A stretch of DNA of 64,000 nt from contig NC_086129.1 of assembly GCF_963921235.1 (NCBI RefSeq), forward strand, positions 32,860,001 to 32,924,000, in the 5' to 3' direction. Under the pieces are notes generated by a model. It made no database searches. It was not told the DNA's origin and saw only the letters and a list, made by a program, of their open reading frames with translations. The stretch comes from Mobula hypostoma (taxonomy: Eukaryota). Within the stretch, counting starts at the first letter, position 1. The number at the start of each line of letters is the position of its first letter. Shown here piece after piece: positions 36,688 to 49,172 of the stretch. Position numbers and translations under genes: made by a program.

Positions 36688-37929
36688 ATGTTTGCAGTGT
36701 CAGTTGCTGTAAATAAATTTCTCTGGATGGTATATCTCCAATGAAGCAGTGCAGATGCAGGGCCTGCTGAAAATAACAGGTATCATTTAGAAGGGCCAAG
36801 CCATATTGGAGCCAGCATTGTTGATGAAATTGTTACTTGAAAATCCACACAACATAAGTGTAGACCAGATGAACCACATCTTTTAAATTCAATGCTATTA
36901 TTTCATCAACACTTCTAGTCTGCCATTGTGAGGATTCTACACACAATTCGGAGTGTCAATAAATTTTCCCGTGGTCTGCAGCCATTGACAGCAGCAATCC
37001 TAGAATAAATTAATGTGGGACCCGACCAGATTTATCAGACTCATCCATCTAAAGGAAAGCAAACCTCAGCTCTTTGCAGCTCAGCATGGTTGAATGTAAG
37101 GTCATGGGCCAGATGTGAAAGGAAAGTGTCAAGCTTGCTGAGGATCCCTGCAGGAAATGTTTCCTAGTGAATCAGGGAGGCAGCAAAACACTTCGTCACT
37201 TTGTGTTTATTGGTATGCGTCTTATGCATTCTGTTGAAATTGTTTGGCAGCGAGAATTTAGTTCCTATCTCTCTCCTGCTCTGTTGCTTTGGATTTTATT
37301 TTTCATTGAGTTTAAGTTCAAATTTAGTTATCATTCAGCCAGATATAAATATCGCCAAATGAAACAAGGTTCCTCTGGGGTCAAGGTTCAAAGATTCAAA
37401 GTACATTTATTATCAAAGTATGCATGCAGTATACAACCCTGAGATTTGTCTTCCCCACAGACAGGTAAAAAACAAAAAAACATTCAAAGAAAACATCAAA
37501 CTCCTAATGCGGAAAAAATAGAACAAATTGTGCAAAAGGCAAAAAATGAGTGAAAAACACAAAATATAAAAATTCAAACCACAGAGTCATGAAAGAGTCC
37601 AGGAATGTTCCGTTTTAGTTCGGTTCATTTCAATTTAGCACTGTGTCATTCGCTGACTACAGGCTGCAAGAATGGGACCTGGAATTAAAATGTGTGGCCA
37701 CTGAGAGATCCTGCTTTCTCTGGCGGACAGAGCGTAGGTGTTCAGCGAAACGGTCTCCCAGCCTGCTTCGGGTCTCGCCAATATATAGAAGGCCGCATCG
37801 GGAGCACTAGATGCAGTATATCACCCCAGCCAACTCTCACCCCATCCTCCCGCCACCCCAGTAGGAATAGGGTTCCCCTTGTCCTCACCTACCACCCCAC
37901 TAGCCTACGGGTCCAACATATAATTCTCT

Positions 37930-38493
37930 GTGACTTCCGCCACCTCCAACGGGATCCCATCACCAATCACATCTTTCCCTCCCCACCCCCGTTTTCCGCA
38001 GGGATCGCTCCCTACGCGACTTCCTTGTCCATTCGTTCCCCCCCACCCCCCATCCCTTCCCACCGATCTCCCTCCTGGCACTTATCCTTGTAAGCGGAAC
38101 AAGTGCTACACCTGCCCTTACACTTCCTCCCTCACCACCATTCAGGGCCCCAGACAGTCCTTCCAGGTGAGGCGAAACTTCACCTGTGAGTTGGCTGGGG
38201 TGATATACTGCGTCCGGTGCTCCCGATGTGGCCTCCTATATATTGGCAAGACCCGACGCAGGCTGGGAGACCATTTCGCTGAACACCTACGCTCTGTCCG
38301 CCAGAGAAAGCAGGATCTCCCAGTGGCCGCAAATTTTAATTCCACGTCCCATTCCCATTCTGACATGTCTATCCACGGCCTCCTCTACTGTAAAGATGAA
38401 GCCACACTCAAGTTGGAGGAACAACACCTTATATTCCGTCTGGGTAGCCTCCAACCTGATGGCATGAACATCGACTTCTCTAACTTTCGCTAG
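37930..38493 (+). pseudogene. Penelope GIY-YIG endonuclease domain with upstream Cys-rich linker (Neptune-like)
   Basis: PCKRNKCYTC linker; VIYCVRCSRCGLLYIGKT..RL..HFAEH; EEQHLIFRLGSLQPDGMN. Confidence 0.9.
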
Positions 38494-38786
38494 GCCCCAC
38501 CTCCCCCTCGTACCGCATCTGTTACTTATTTTTATGCACACATTCTTTCTCTCACTCTCCTTTTTCTCCCTCTGTCCCTCTGAATATACCTCTTGCCCAT
38601 CCTCTGGGTTCCCCCCCCCTTGTCTTTCTTCCTGGACCTCCTGTCCCATGATCCTCTCGTATCCCCTTTTGCCAATCACCTGTCCAGCTCTTGGCTCCGT
38701 CCCTCCCCCTCCTGTCTTCTCCTATCATTTTGGATCTCCCCCTCCCCCTCCCACTTTCAAATCTCTTACTAGCTCTTCTGTCAGTT

Positions 38787-38822
38787 AGTCCTGACGAAGG
38801 GTCTCGGCCTGAAACGTTGACT
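38787..38822 (+). ncRNA. Minimal type I hammerhead ribozyme motif in the Penelope terminal repeat
   Basis: AGUC-CUGACGA-AGG(GUCUCGG)CCU-GAAA-CGUU^GACU: helix I AGUC/GACU, helix II AGG/CCU, palindromic ACGU in place of helix III. Confidence 0.7.
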
Positions 38823-39719
38823 GTACCTCTTCCTAGAGATGCTGCCTGGCCTGCTGTGTTCACCAGCAATTTTTATGTGTATTGCTTGAAGTACGCCTCC
38901 TTCAGTTGCATTGTTTGCTCCTTCTTCAGATTCAAATACAAAACACATTTCCAGCCACACAGGGCACAAATAACACACATGGTTATGACCGCAGAAAAAT
39001 ACACAGTCACAAAAAATAATATAGCCCAATTCCCTGAGTGACATGGTCTGTAGATTGATGGTATACGAGATGTTGTCTTGATCCAGCTTGTTCTTCCATC
39101 AAGTGAACACTGGAGGGTAGCACTGAGCAAACACTGGAAAGCAGCACGAATGAGAGGGGCCAGCCCCCAACCCAGTATGGATTCTGGCATATCCACAGAG
39201 ACTTCTGCTCTCTACCACACCGTCTCTGGTGCCTCCTCCTCTGGGAGGTTTTAGTAAGCAACCCCGTGGCATGAGGGCCTAGTCCACCCCAAGGCAAGGC
39301 AGCTCCTCTGTTGTCGGTCTCGCCAATGAACCAACGAACCAGGCTTGCAGCATTCTGCATTACCAATGTCCAACAGGGTCTTGCGATCACAATGAAAATG
39401 TCCAAGACAATCAATTGCACCACGGATCACCTCGACACTACAACGGTACGCAACAAATCCAGGAGACAAGACAAAACGGTACACAATAAGTCCAGCTCCA
39501 TCACTATTGAACAACTCACTAGTGGGGTAGAGCCAAGGTACTTGATGTACTTCAAATCTACCAGTGTCCTGCGATCAAAAAGAAAAGTAAAGGAGGAACA
39601 ATTCCTCCTTTGGTTGGACCTGAAGTGGCTGCTGCATCTGAGCACACCGCCATCTTACCGAAAATAAATTTTCCCATTGGCTGAGTGGAATGACAAAAAT
39701 ACATCAAAATGCTTATTGT

Positions 39720-39870
39720 GAGGGAGGGAAGAAGGACTGACCTGGACAGATGAAAGAAAATTGGAGGGCTTTGTGGGAGGAAAGTGTTAGATTGATCTTA
39801 GAATAAGTTAAAGGTCAGCATAACATTGTGGACTGAAGGGCCTGTACTGTTCTATGTTCTATGTTCTATA
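39720..39870 (+). mobile_element. CR1 3' tail
   Basis: cagcataacattgtggactgaagggcctgtactg(ttctatg)n. Confidence 0.7.
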
Positions 39871-40877
39871 ACTTGAATTTAGTCAGTATTCAGCAACAAA
39901 TCAAGTACATTCTAAATTCTTGTTTTCATATGTACTAAAAGCACTGACCACTATGGTTCAGCACAGCATAAAACAAAGCAGTGGTCGTCAGTATCATCAA
40001 TTTATAATGAAGTTTCAATACATTCTTAATTTTTCAGGAATTTCCTAATCATAGCCAGTTTACTGCTTAGTAGATTATATGTTAAGCCTCCATACTTGGA
40101 GAAGAGAACATAAAAAATAATTAGACTCAGGGTTTCTCAGTAAATGTGTTTTTATTTAATGTGCTTGAAAACAAAGAACATCTCTTACCATCACTGTGAA
40201 ATGAGAGCAGGTTAATAAACATCTGAAGGTTATTAAACATACAAGATTATGGTTGGATTGTGCGTGCAGAGACTGCAAAGGATTAGGAACACATTTCACT
40301 GGGTGGCAGGATTGTGGATTTAAGCACCGCATAGTAGATGTAAGGTCTTGCAGATTATGTCTGCTATTGTGAAATACACAAAGCAGAATTAGGGACGACT
40401 ATTAGAGCAGTGGGCACAATTCCAAGGTAGAGACTTAGTGAGGAATCTCACAAATGGCAATGAAGCCTCCTTCTGTGTCTTTTCATACTGTCCTTGCCAT
40501 AATAGGAAGAGCTCTTCCTTTTGTGCACAGGCACAATTGTACACATTTTGATGATTGATAGTTGATATCATTGACACATATAGGAGTCTGAGAGGGATTG
40601 ACAGGGTGGGCACTGAGAGGCTGTTTCTTGTGACTAGGAAGTGTAGTCTAGGGATGAGGGGTTGGTTATTTAGGATCGAGACAAGGGGAACTGGTTGTTC
40701 AAATAGGAACACAAATATTTGGTGTTTACCTCAGGGGTAGTTATTGAACATCTAAAGGCTGAGCAGCATGGATTTCTAAGAACCAGAGAACACACGGACC
40801 AAGCTGAACTGTGGGTGTTGTTACAGGATATGATGTAGGAGCAACTGTAAGGGTTGTGTGGCTGTTCATATGTAATA

Positions 40878-41201
40878 AATAAAATAAAAAATAAAGGCAT
40901 CCGTTAGTCTTGCGAGACCATGGATCTGCACCTGGAAAGTCTTCACTCTCCAGGGCGAGGCCTGGGCAAGGTTGTATGGACGACCGGCAGTTGCCCATGC
41001 TGCAAGTCTCCCCTCGCCCACGACACCGATGTTGTCCAAGGGAAGGGCATTAGGACCCATGCAGCTTGGCACTAGTGTCATTGCAGAGCCCTGTGTAGTT
41101 AAGTGCCTTGCTCAAGGACACAACACGCTGCCTCAGTCGAGGCTCGAACTAGCAACCTTCAGGTCGCTAGTCGAATGCTTTAACCACGTGGCCATGTGCC
41201 C
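40878..41201 (-). mobile_element. tRNA-headed SINE with RTE-related body
   Basis: Minus strand: TGGCCACGTGG (A box), AGTTCGAGCC (B box), GTGTCCTTGAGCAAGGCACTTAAC core; body homologous to 46540-46680; T-rich tail. Confidence 0.75.
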
Positions 41202-42744
41202 ATACTCATATGTATGTAATAGAACTCCAGAAACTATTAGGGATACTTTCATGTGGAGCAATGTGGCATCCTTTATGAACAGATTTTCTGGAGGCACTCA
41301 CCCTCCGCTATAGGTTGCTACCTGTAACACCTGATATTGGGATACTCATAGATGGGTGCAGAGACATCCCATACTAACGAAAATCATAGTTCCTTTCATT
41401 CAGATAATACAGGAGATTCTAATGAGGATGCCCCCCATGATATTGTTCTGGTTTAGGTGAAAAATAATCAGTTTATAAATACCTCCCTTGAAGGATTCTG
41501 ATTAAAAACAGGTTAAGAACCATAAGCAAGCAAAGTAGAAGGGTGTCAAGCTTCAAATCTTTCCCTTTCTTCTTAAAAATATTACTGGGGATATTAATAT
41601 AATTAGTAAGGTCCTCAACATGCCACTATCTTATGAAACAGTTTGTGCAAGTTGTGAACAGATTTTTATGAGGTCATTTTGATAATGTTTGCACGAACTT
41701 GATGTTTCTGACACTCTTCAACATTAATATCAGAGAGTACAGGGTGCAGGAAAATAAGTGATGTTGGCATAAAAGACTTCTGTTTGTACTCATCAATTGA
41801 TTTTACCCTATCGAAGGCTCTTAACCAAGCGCAGCTGTGAGATATCCAGAAAGCAAACAAGAAAGTGTGAGAAAAGTAGCTCAACGATTACAAGTTAATC
41901 GTGTGTCCATTAAACGAAATGAGGCTTGAACTCTTGGCTGGGAAGTTGCATGGTACACCTCCTCATCCCGAGTGTTGACACTGGCTTTAGTGTCCTGTGT
42001 AATATAAAAGTTATCCCAGGGCAAGAGTTGAGTCAGTGTTGGGGTACGTTAATGTTGTGAGAGAATTAATTGAACCATTTGCTTTGCAGTCTTGACTGAG
42101 TTTAGCTCATTACCTGAAGTTTGCACAGTCCGATAGTTCAAATGGTTAATTAAGCCATTGCTGACTTCATTTAAATTTCTAATTCATTCAACCCATTAAC
42201 AGCCCACAGAGAATTCAGACTGACATAAATAAGACAGAACAACATAATATGCCCCAGCAAACTCTGCAATAGGCTTTGTTTCAGCATGGAACTAAAGGAG
42301 CTTATGACCTGATGAAAATGATGTAGCTGATCTAAACCAAATGCTTTTTTGCTGAACTGTGGGGAATCTTTTCTAAGGATTGAAAGAGAATGTGGAACCT
42401 TGTAAGAAGGCACAACACTGTGCTAAGTATTTGTGAATAATTGGAGCACAAAACTCCCTGTGAGACCTCCGTGTCTTAAACTAAAATACCATCTCCATGA
42501 GTAGCCCAATTTTTGTGGCAGCACTGTGATACAAATGAGGCACAGGTTGAGATTACCAGAATGTCTCCAAGGATTTGCTTTGTATTTAACTGAGAGTATA
42601 AATATTTTCTAATATTTTCAGAAGATATTTGTTCCTGGGGGAAGGTAGGGAAGAAGAGGGAGGAGGGGGTGGCACTATTTCAGGTTAGATAAGGCTTCCA
42701 GATTCCCTGAACTGAAAGCAAATTCTCCGCTCTCAATGGGATGT

Positions 42745-42912
42745 TAAAAGAGACTGCTGGAGCAACTCAATGGTTCAGGCTGTATCTGTGAGTCCAGATG
42801 AAGGGTTTTGACCTGTAACATCAATTGTTCATTTCTGTCCACAGAAGCTGCCTGACCCTCCCCTTCTCCAGCAGGTTGTTTTCTACTCTGGGTTACAGAA
42901 TTGTCAGTCTCT
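42745..42912. mobile_element. Degraded Penelope-derived tail-to-tail mini-element
   Basis: Left arm ctgctggagcaactca..tcaggctgtatctgtg is inverted relative to cacagaagctgcctga..ctccagcag; degenerate gtccagatgaaggg..gtaacatc core between them. Confidence 0.55.
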
Positions 42913-44023
42913 AAATGGGCATTAGTCTATGTTGCAAGCATTGCATTTGAGTTTGTGAGAGAAAATTGATCAGGGTTCTATGCATGATTGCCAATTCCCT
43001 CACATTCTAAGCAAGGAGAGTTTTGGGATCAGTCATGATCTCCTCCAACAGTAGACTCCCTGTCCAGGTTCACATAGGAATAATAGTAATCAGGTATAAT
43101 CTTTTGTCTCATGAATCCATAATTGTATCATTGGCTCCAGAGAGACAGGAAGGTCAGTAGAAAACTTCAGTAAGAGCTGAAAGCTTTGAAATACTAAACA
43201 ACATTCAATAATATGTATTCATGGAATAGAATAACAGGTGAACATGAACAATAAAGAATAATAAACTATAGGTGTAAGTAGGCTGTACTAACGTGTGACA
43301 TGAGTGAATTTAGTTCCTCAGTTTTATCTTCAGTAAGTCTGAAAAGTCACGTTGTTGGGCGTTCCGTTTTAGATAGGTTGAAATTCTTTTGACTCCTGAA
43401 GAGATAAATACATCAGAAAGAGGATTGAAATGAATTTCCACATTTTTTGGAATGCTGGGTTTGCATCAACTCAGAACAGGTAAAAAAAACAAGCAAAGTT
43501 TTCCACCAAGAAATGAGCACGAAAATACACCCTCTGTGGTCCCAGATGGCGGAGAAGGAGGCGGAGAGTAAGACTAACTGATTTATGTCAAGTCGAGGAA
43601 AAGAGCTCACAGAAATGATGGGAGGTCCTCATCCTTGAGATGTGTCTTAGGAAGAAGGTTTTGTGCAGCAAAGGGGTCACAGGGCACTTGCCAGAGACAC
43701 CATAAAAACACCTGGCAAAGGAGGGTTCAGAATTTCTCCTTCAGCAGTGAAAATTTCATTCAGTGTCACAATAACTATGCAAGATACAGCAAGGCCACTA
43801 AAGCAGAATCAATTGGGTGGAGCTGAAAACAGCAGAAGGAAGAAAAAGTAATTACAGAATGCAGAATATAGTCTTACTGTTACAGAGGAAGTGCAGTGCA
43901 GGTAGGCAATAAGGTGACGGGGCCATGATGAGATCAAGAGTTCATGTTTATTATGTAATCGGCCTGTAAAAAGTCTTTTAACAACAGGATAGGCACTTGA
44001 GCTTCTGTATCTTTTGTCCAAAT

Positions 44024-45231
44024 GAACATAGAACATAGAACATGTGGAAATCTACAGCACATTACAGGCGTTTCGGCCCACAGTGTTGTGCCGACCATGT
44101 AACCCACTCTAGAAGCTGCCTAGAATTTCCCTACTGCACAGTCCTTTATTTTTCTAAGTTCCATGTACCTATCTAAGAGTCTCTTAAAAGACCCTATTGC
44201 ATCTGCCTCCACCACCGTCGCTGGCAGTGCATTCCACACACCCAGAACACTATGTGTGTAAAACTTACTCCTGGCATCACCCCTGTACCTACTTTCAAGC
44301 ACGTTAAAACTATGCCCCCTCATGTTAGCCATTTCAGCCCTGGGAAAAAACCTCTGGTTATCCACATGATCTATGCCTCTCTTCATTTTATACACCTCTA
44401 TCAGGTCACCTCTAATCCTCTGTCACTCCGAGGGGACAGGGCCAAATTCACTCAACTTATTCTCATAAGGCACTCTCTCCAGTCCAGGCAACATCCTTGT
44501 AAATCTCCTCTGCACTCTTTCTATCGTATCCACATCCTTCCTGTAGTAAGGCGACTAGAACTGAACACAGTACTCCAAGTGGGGTCTGACCAAGGTCTTA
44601 TATAGCTGTAACATTACCTCATGGCTCTTGAACTCAATCCCACGGTTGATGAAGGTCATCACAGCATGCGCCTTCCTAGCAGTACTGTCAACTTTTGCGG
44701 CAGCTTTGAGTGTCTTATGGACACAGGCTCCAAGATCTCTCTGATCCTTCACTCTGCCAAGAGTCTTAATATTATATTCTGTCTTCAAATTTGACCTACC
44801 AAAATGAACCACTTCACACTCATCTAGGTTGAACTCCATCTGCCATTTCTCAGCTCAGTTTTGCATCCTATCGATGTCCTGCTGTAACCATTGACAGCCC
44901 TCCACACTATCCACAACACCCCCAATCTTTGTGTCACCAGCAAACTTACTAACCCATCCCTCCACTTCCTCATCCAGGTCATTTATAAAAATCACAAAGT
45001 GGAGGGGTCCCAGAACAGATCCCTGAGGCACACCACTGGTCACCGACCTCCATGCAGAATATGACCCATCTACAACTACCCTTTGCTTTCTGTGGGCAAG
45101 CCAATTCTGGATCCACAAAGCAAGGTCCCCTTGGATCCCATGCCTCCTTACTTTCTGAATGAGCTTTGCATGGGGAACCGTATCAAGTGCCTAACTGAAA
45201 TCCAGATACACTACATCCACTGATCTACCTC
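44024..45231 (-). mobile_element. CR1 LINE, same subfamily as 3316-4475
   Basis: GVPQGSVLGP, FAGDTK, LVRPHLEYC; (TTCTATG)n tail at 44024-44044. Confidence 0.92.
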
Positions 45232-46075
45232 CACACGCTGAATGTGTGGTCTAACCAGAGTTTTATGGAGCTGCAACATCACCTCATGGCTTTTGAGCTC
45301 AGTCGCTCAACTAATAAAGGCCAAAACACCATATGCTTTCTTAACCACCTTTTCGATTTGCGTGGCAAATTTTACAGGATCTGTGGACTTGGATCCCAAG
45401 ATCTCCCTGTTCCTCTACATTGCTAAAAATCCTTCCATTAAGCTTATACTCTGCCTTCAAGTTCGATCTTCCAAAGTGAATCACTTCACACTTTTCCGAA
45501 TTGTCCTCCAGTTGCTACTTCTCAGCTCAGTTCTGCATCTTATCAATGTCCCAGTGTAAGCTACAACACCCATCTACAATATCCTCAACATCACTGACTT
45601 TCATGTTATCTGCAGACTTACTAACCCACCCTTCCACTTCCTCATCCAAGTCATTTATAAAAATCACAGAGAGCATAGGTCCCAGAACAGATCCCTGAGT
45701 CACGGACCACCAGGCAGAGCACACTCCATCTACTACCGCCTTCTGCCTTCAGTGGGAAAGCCAATTCAAATCCATGCAGCCAGCTTTCACTTGCCTCATG
45801 ACTTTGTGGATGAGCTTACCGTCGGAACTTCGTCAAACACTTATTGAATCTTTATACACGACATCTACCACTTTAACTTCATCAATTTGTTTAGTTACTT
45901 CCCTGAAAAAGTCAATCAGGCTTGTAAGGCATGACCTTGCCCTCACAAAGCCATGCTGACTATCACTAATCAGACTATGCTTCTCCAAATGCTCAAAATT
46001 CCTCTAGGAATCCTCTCTAATAGCTTGCTCATCACTGATGTAAGACTCACTCGTCTACAATTCCAAGGTTTACCC
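45232..46075 (-). mobile_element. Older CR1 RT fragment
   Basis: QGSVLGPMLSVIFINDLDEEVEGWVSKSADN; upstream cagcatggctttgtgagggc (QHGFV). Confidence 0.8.
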
Positions 46076-46487
46076 TAATACCTTTCTTGAATAAATTGGG
46101 CAGAGCAGTTGCCATTCCAAGCAGTGATGCACCAGGATAGAATGCGTTGTATGTTGGATCTATAAAAAATGTTAAGGGTCCACAGAACATACTGAATATC
46201 CTTAGCTTCTTGAGGAAGTAGAGACACTGGTATGTTTCCTTGGCCATAGCATCAATGTGGTTGAAGCAGGACAAGCTATTGGTGATATTCACACCTAGGA
46301 GCTTAAAGATCTCAACCATCTCCACCTCAGTATGTATCATATTGCTGTCAATACAGTTGCATCATTTTAAAGAAAATTGACCCAGCAGAGAATAGTGTCC
46401 AGTTATGCTAATCAAGAGAAGTTACATTAAGACAAGAGAGACCTCGGAAGTGAAGTTACAGATAGATCAAAGGAAAAGTTTATTTTG

Positions 46488-47060
46488 GGCCTTCCATTGG
46501 TCAGGATTGACCATGGGTGTTGTGTCCCAGCTGTCTATATGATATGCAAGCCAGGGCAGTACTGCATGGAGGGAAAACTGTTGCCCATGCAGCAAACTTC
46601 CCCTCTCCACGCAGCTGATGAATCTGAAGTAAGGGCAGACATTGATACCATTTGGTACCAGCAGTGTCGCAGGAGTTGCCAGTCAGCATTGAACTCAACA
46701 TGGGACTGTCTTAGGGTCTCCAGCTCTGGATTTTTCCTCAGGGTATAATCCTGAAGCCTTCCCTACAAGGCAGTGGAGATTTGAGATTAGAGTTGTCCTT
46801 CTCCTAGATGAGCTACCAACCACAGCAGATGAGTCCCGTCGGCCCGAAGCTCCTGGTTTTAAGGCACCAGTAACCCACCTTTGCCCCTTCTCCTATCAGT
46901 AGAAATGGTTCTGACAGACTTAATAGCTAAGCCACACATGAAGGCCAGGAGCTGGACTTTGTTGTCAGAGGCTATTTGAGATGCACGCCCTTGGGGACAT
47001 TTATTAGGTAGGGGGAGCTTGTCCCTACAACCACCCCCGGCTATAACAACCTTTAGGAAC
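46488..47060 (-). mobile_element. Non-autonomous RTE-related retroelement
   Basis: Colinear with 595-1163 and shares both ends; flanked by the direct repeat AGGAAAAGTTTAT (~46471-46483, ~47061-47073), a probable TSD. Confidence 0.75.
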
Positions 47061-47079
47061 AGGAAAAGTTTATAATATT

Positions 47080-47610
47080 GTTAAAAAGGCATTGATAAAG
47101 AAATGGGAAGTAGAATATGAGAATAGTCAAGTGAGAAGCAAAACAAAATGTTAAAGTTTCTGTAGCTATGCAAGTACAAATAAGATTGGTTCAAGTTAAC
47201 ATGAGTCACTTATAGCCTGATATTGGGGAAATTATATTGTGGAATAAGAAAATGATAGATTGAAGGATAATTAATCATGCAGATCCGATTACCTGAATCC
47301 TAGGGCTTAGAAGGCAGATGCATGAGGTATCATCTTCCAAAATTCCATAGATTCCAGAATGGTTCACACAGATTGGAAGGCAGCAGATACTGTATAATCA
47401 AGTATTTAGAGAGGAATGAAAGAGTAAATAGAAATCTGTGGACTATTTAGCCTGTCATCAGTAATATGAAAGGTTGAGCAAAGACACTGATTCTGAAAGG
47501 GAAATCAATCATATTTAACAATTGTAGTGATGATACAAAGCTAGGTGTAGCATGGGCTATGAGGAAATTGCAAAAATGCTTCAGGAGGAAGTAGACAGGT
47601 CAAGTCAATG
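47080..47610 (+). mobile_element. Highly degraded CR1 ORF2 relic
   Basis: aattccatagattccagaatggttcacacagattggaagg (NSIDSRMVHTDWK) and gatgatacaaagctaggtg (DDTKLG). Confidence 0.5.
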
Positions 47611-48474
47611 ACTTACGCTTCTATTTCTTATGCTGCTTGTGATTCTTCAGGAGTAACGGAGGATGCTGCAAGTCTCCACGTGCTGATGGACCCTGCACTT
47701 TATGTGATAACTACCTCTATTATATTCAGCAGGGCCAATTCAGTGTCCCAACCCAGGCCCTCAATTCCCCAACATACAAGTAGTGCATGCAGCAGAATAA
47801 ACAAATCATAACCTCATTTGCTGTTTTATCTGTGATGATGACATGTATCAGTGAAGGGAAAACATGAAATGACCATCTGCACGTAGACAGGGTGACAGTT
47901 TTATCGTGACAACTGAGCATAGGTTAACCTTTGGATCGGTTAAAAATAAAAGTGAAATTGTTTGTGCCTTCAGCAAGCAAAAAACAAGTTGCTTTCATTT
48001 GAAGATGCTGAACTCCATGTTTTCAAGTTGATCCGTTATAATTTATCTTCAAGCAAGCAAAGTTTTTTTTCTGCCTTTATCCCCCTATATTTTTGAATAA
48101 GCAGCTAGCGATAGTGTGTTTGTCTGTGCATTTTAATGCCTGAGTAACTAACTTAATTCTTCTCTGCAAACACTTTTCTCTTGAGAACTCATCACTCATT
48201 ATTATTTCAAGCTGCACAGATAGTTTTGTTAATTATGATGCTTTCTTAAAATTCACCTTACTATTGAGTCTCTCCCATTAGCGATATGCAAATACATGTA
48301 AATCACCGTATTTTGCAGCTCGTGACATAGAGAAACCCAGGTCCTAAAAATGAGGTTTTCCAACTTTCATCAGCATAGTCAAGGGAGCTGGTTGACCTCA
48401 AAGGCTGGAGGGCAAGGAATTCTGTATTACTTATTTATTCTTTCCCATTTTTTTCTCAGGCAGCAGATCTACAA

Positions 48475-48949
48475 CAATACTGTGCAGAAGTCTTCAGCAC
48501 ATATATATAGCTAGGGTGCCGAAGACTTCTGTACAGTACTGTAGTAATTTTATGTATTGCACTGCATGGCTGCTTCTGCAAAAGGAAACAAATTTCTGAT
48601 GTATGTGAGTGATGATAAACCTGATTCTGATATGTGTCTCCATTGTGGACTGAGAGTAGGGAGCGGGCAGGGAGAGGGAACCACCAGAGAGACATCCTGT
48701 AATGATCAATAAACCAATTATTTGGAATCAAGTGACCTTGCCTGGTGTCTCAGGGCTGGGTGTGTCTGCACCTGCGCCACCTCCCTCCCACGCTTGGCAC
48801 TCCTTTTCTGCCACCGATCATATATACCTCCCCCAGCCCTCTATCCTCGCCATTCCCAACATTGTTTCCTTCTGCCAGATTTACAAACTCACTCTCCACT
48901 CCACCTTGACAAATATATATAATGTACCTAAGAGTTTTGCACGGAACTG
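48475..48949. mobile_element. Tc1/mariner-type composite MITE, copy 2 (opposite orientation)
   Basis: Mini-MITE at 48475-48541; interior is the reverse complement of 34783-35175; degenerate TIR at 48925-48949. Confidence 0.8.
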
Positions 48950-49069
48950 TTATTTTTTGCTCCAGTAAATGGCAAAATTCATTATGAGGGTTTAAAAGGG
49001 AGATATATGAAAATGAGGTTTTGGACAGTTGTGAGCTGCTTGTTAGTGAATAAATTCAGTCTCATAGAG

Positions 49070-49148
49070 CAGGAGATCCCAACCTGGGTCCACAGACTCC
49101 TTGCTTAATAGCATTGGTCCATGACATAAAAAAGGTTGGGAACCCCTG
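49070..49148. mobile_element. hAT/Charlie-type MITE
   Basis: TIRs CAGGAGATCCCAACCT / AGGTTGGGAACCCCTG; 8-bp TSD-like TCATAGAG / CCCTAGAG. Confidence 0.75.
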
Positions 49149-49172
49149 CCCTAGAGTCATTCCCATCTAAAC

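Larger units (their letters stand above)
37670..38890 (+). mobile_element. Penelope-like retroelement, 5'-truncated, with an inverted 5' segment
   Basis: GIY-YIG ORF, 3' terminal repeat with hammerhead motif; 37670-37836 is an inverted copy of 38188-38354. Confidence 0.92.
37305..39660 (-). mobile_element. Non-coding retroposon with AAGATGGCG head (~38950-39660), probable tail at 37305-37385, with nested insertions
   Basis: CGCCATCTT at 39648-39656; LINE-like (AACTTG/AACTTA) tail at ~37310. Linkage across the nested elements is inferred. Confidence 0.4.
43850..46335 (-). mobile_element. Old Rex1-type LINE (43850-44023 + 46095-46335) hosting two CR1 pieces
   Basis: ORF 46047-46340 VEMVEIFKLLGVNITNSL..QCLYFLKKLR; 3' part cttctgtatcttttgtccaaatg. 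Confidence 0.55.

Noticed and set aside
41130-41201. tRNA-like sequence with A and B boxes (also 9765-9835, 36390-36450, 59370-59430)
   Set aside because: These are SINE heads; no complete cloverleaf or terminator, so not tRNA genes.
43545-43575. cccag ATGGCGGAGAAGGAGGCGGAGA gtaaga micro-exon-like segment
   Set aside because: Too short to evaluate and no supporting neighbouring exons.
46885-46980. Possible HDV-like ribozyme near the 5' end of the RTE-related element (CTCCT/AGGAG, GCC/GGC pairings)
   Set aside because: No convincing P1 or P1.1, and the pairings are not preserved in the copies at ~990-1060 and ~2130-2200.
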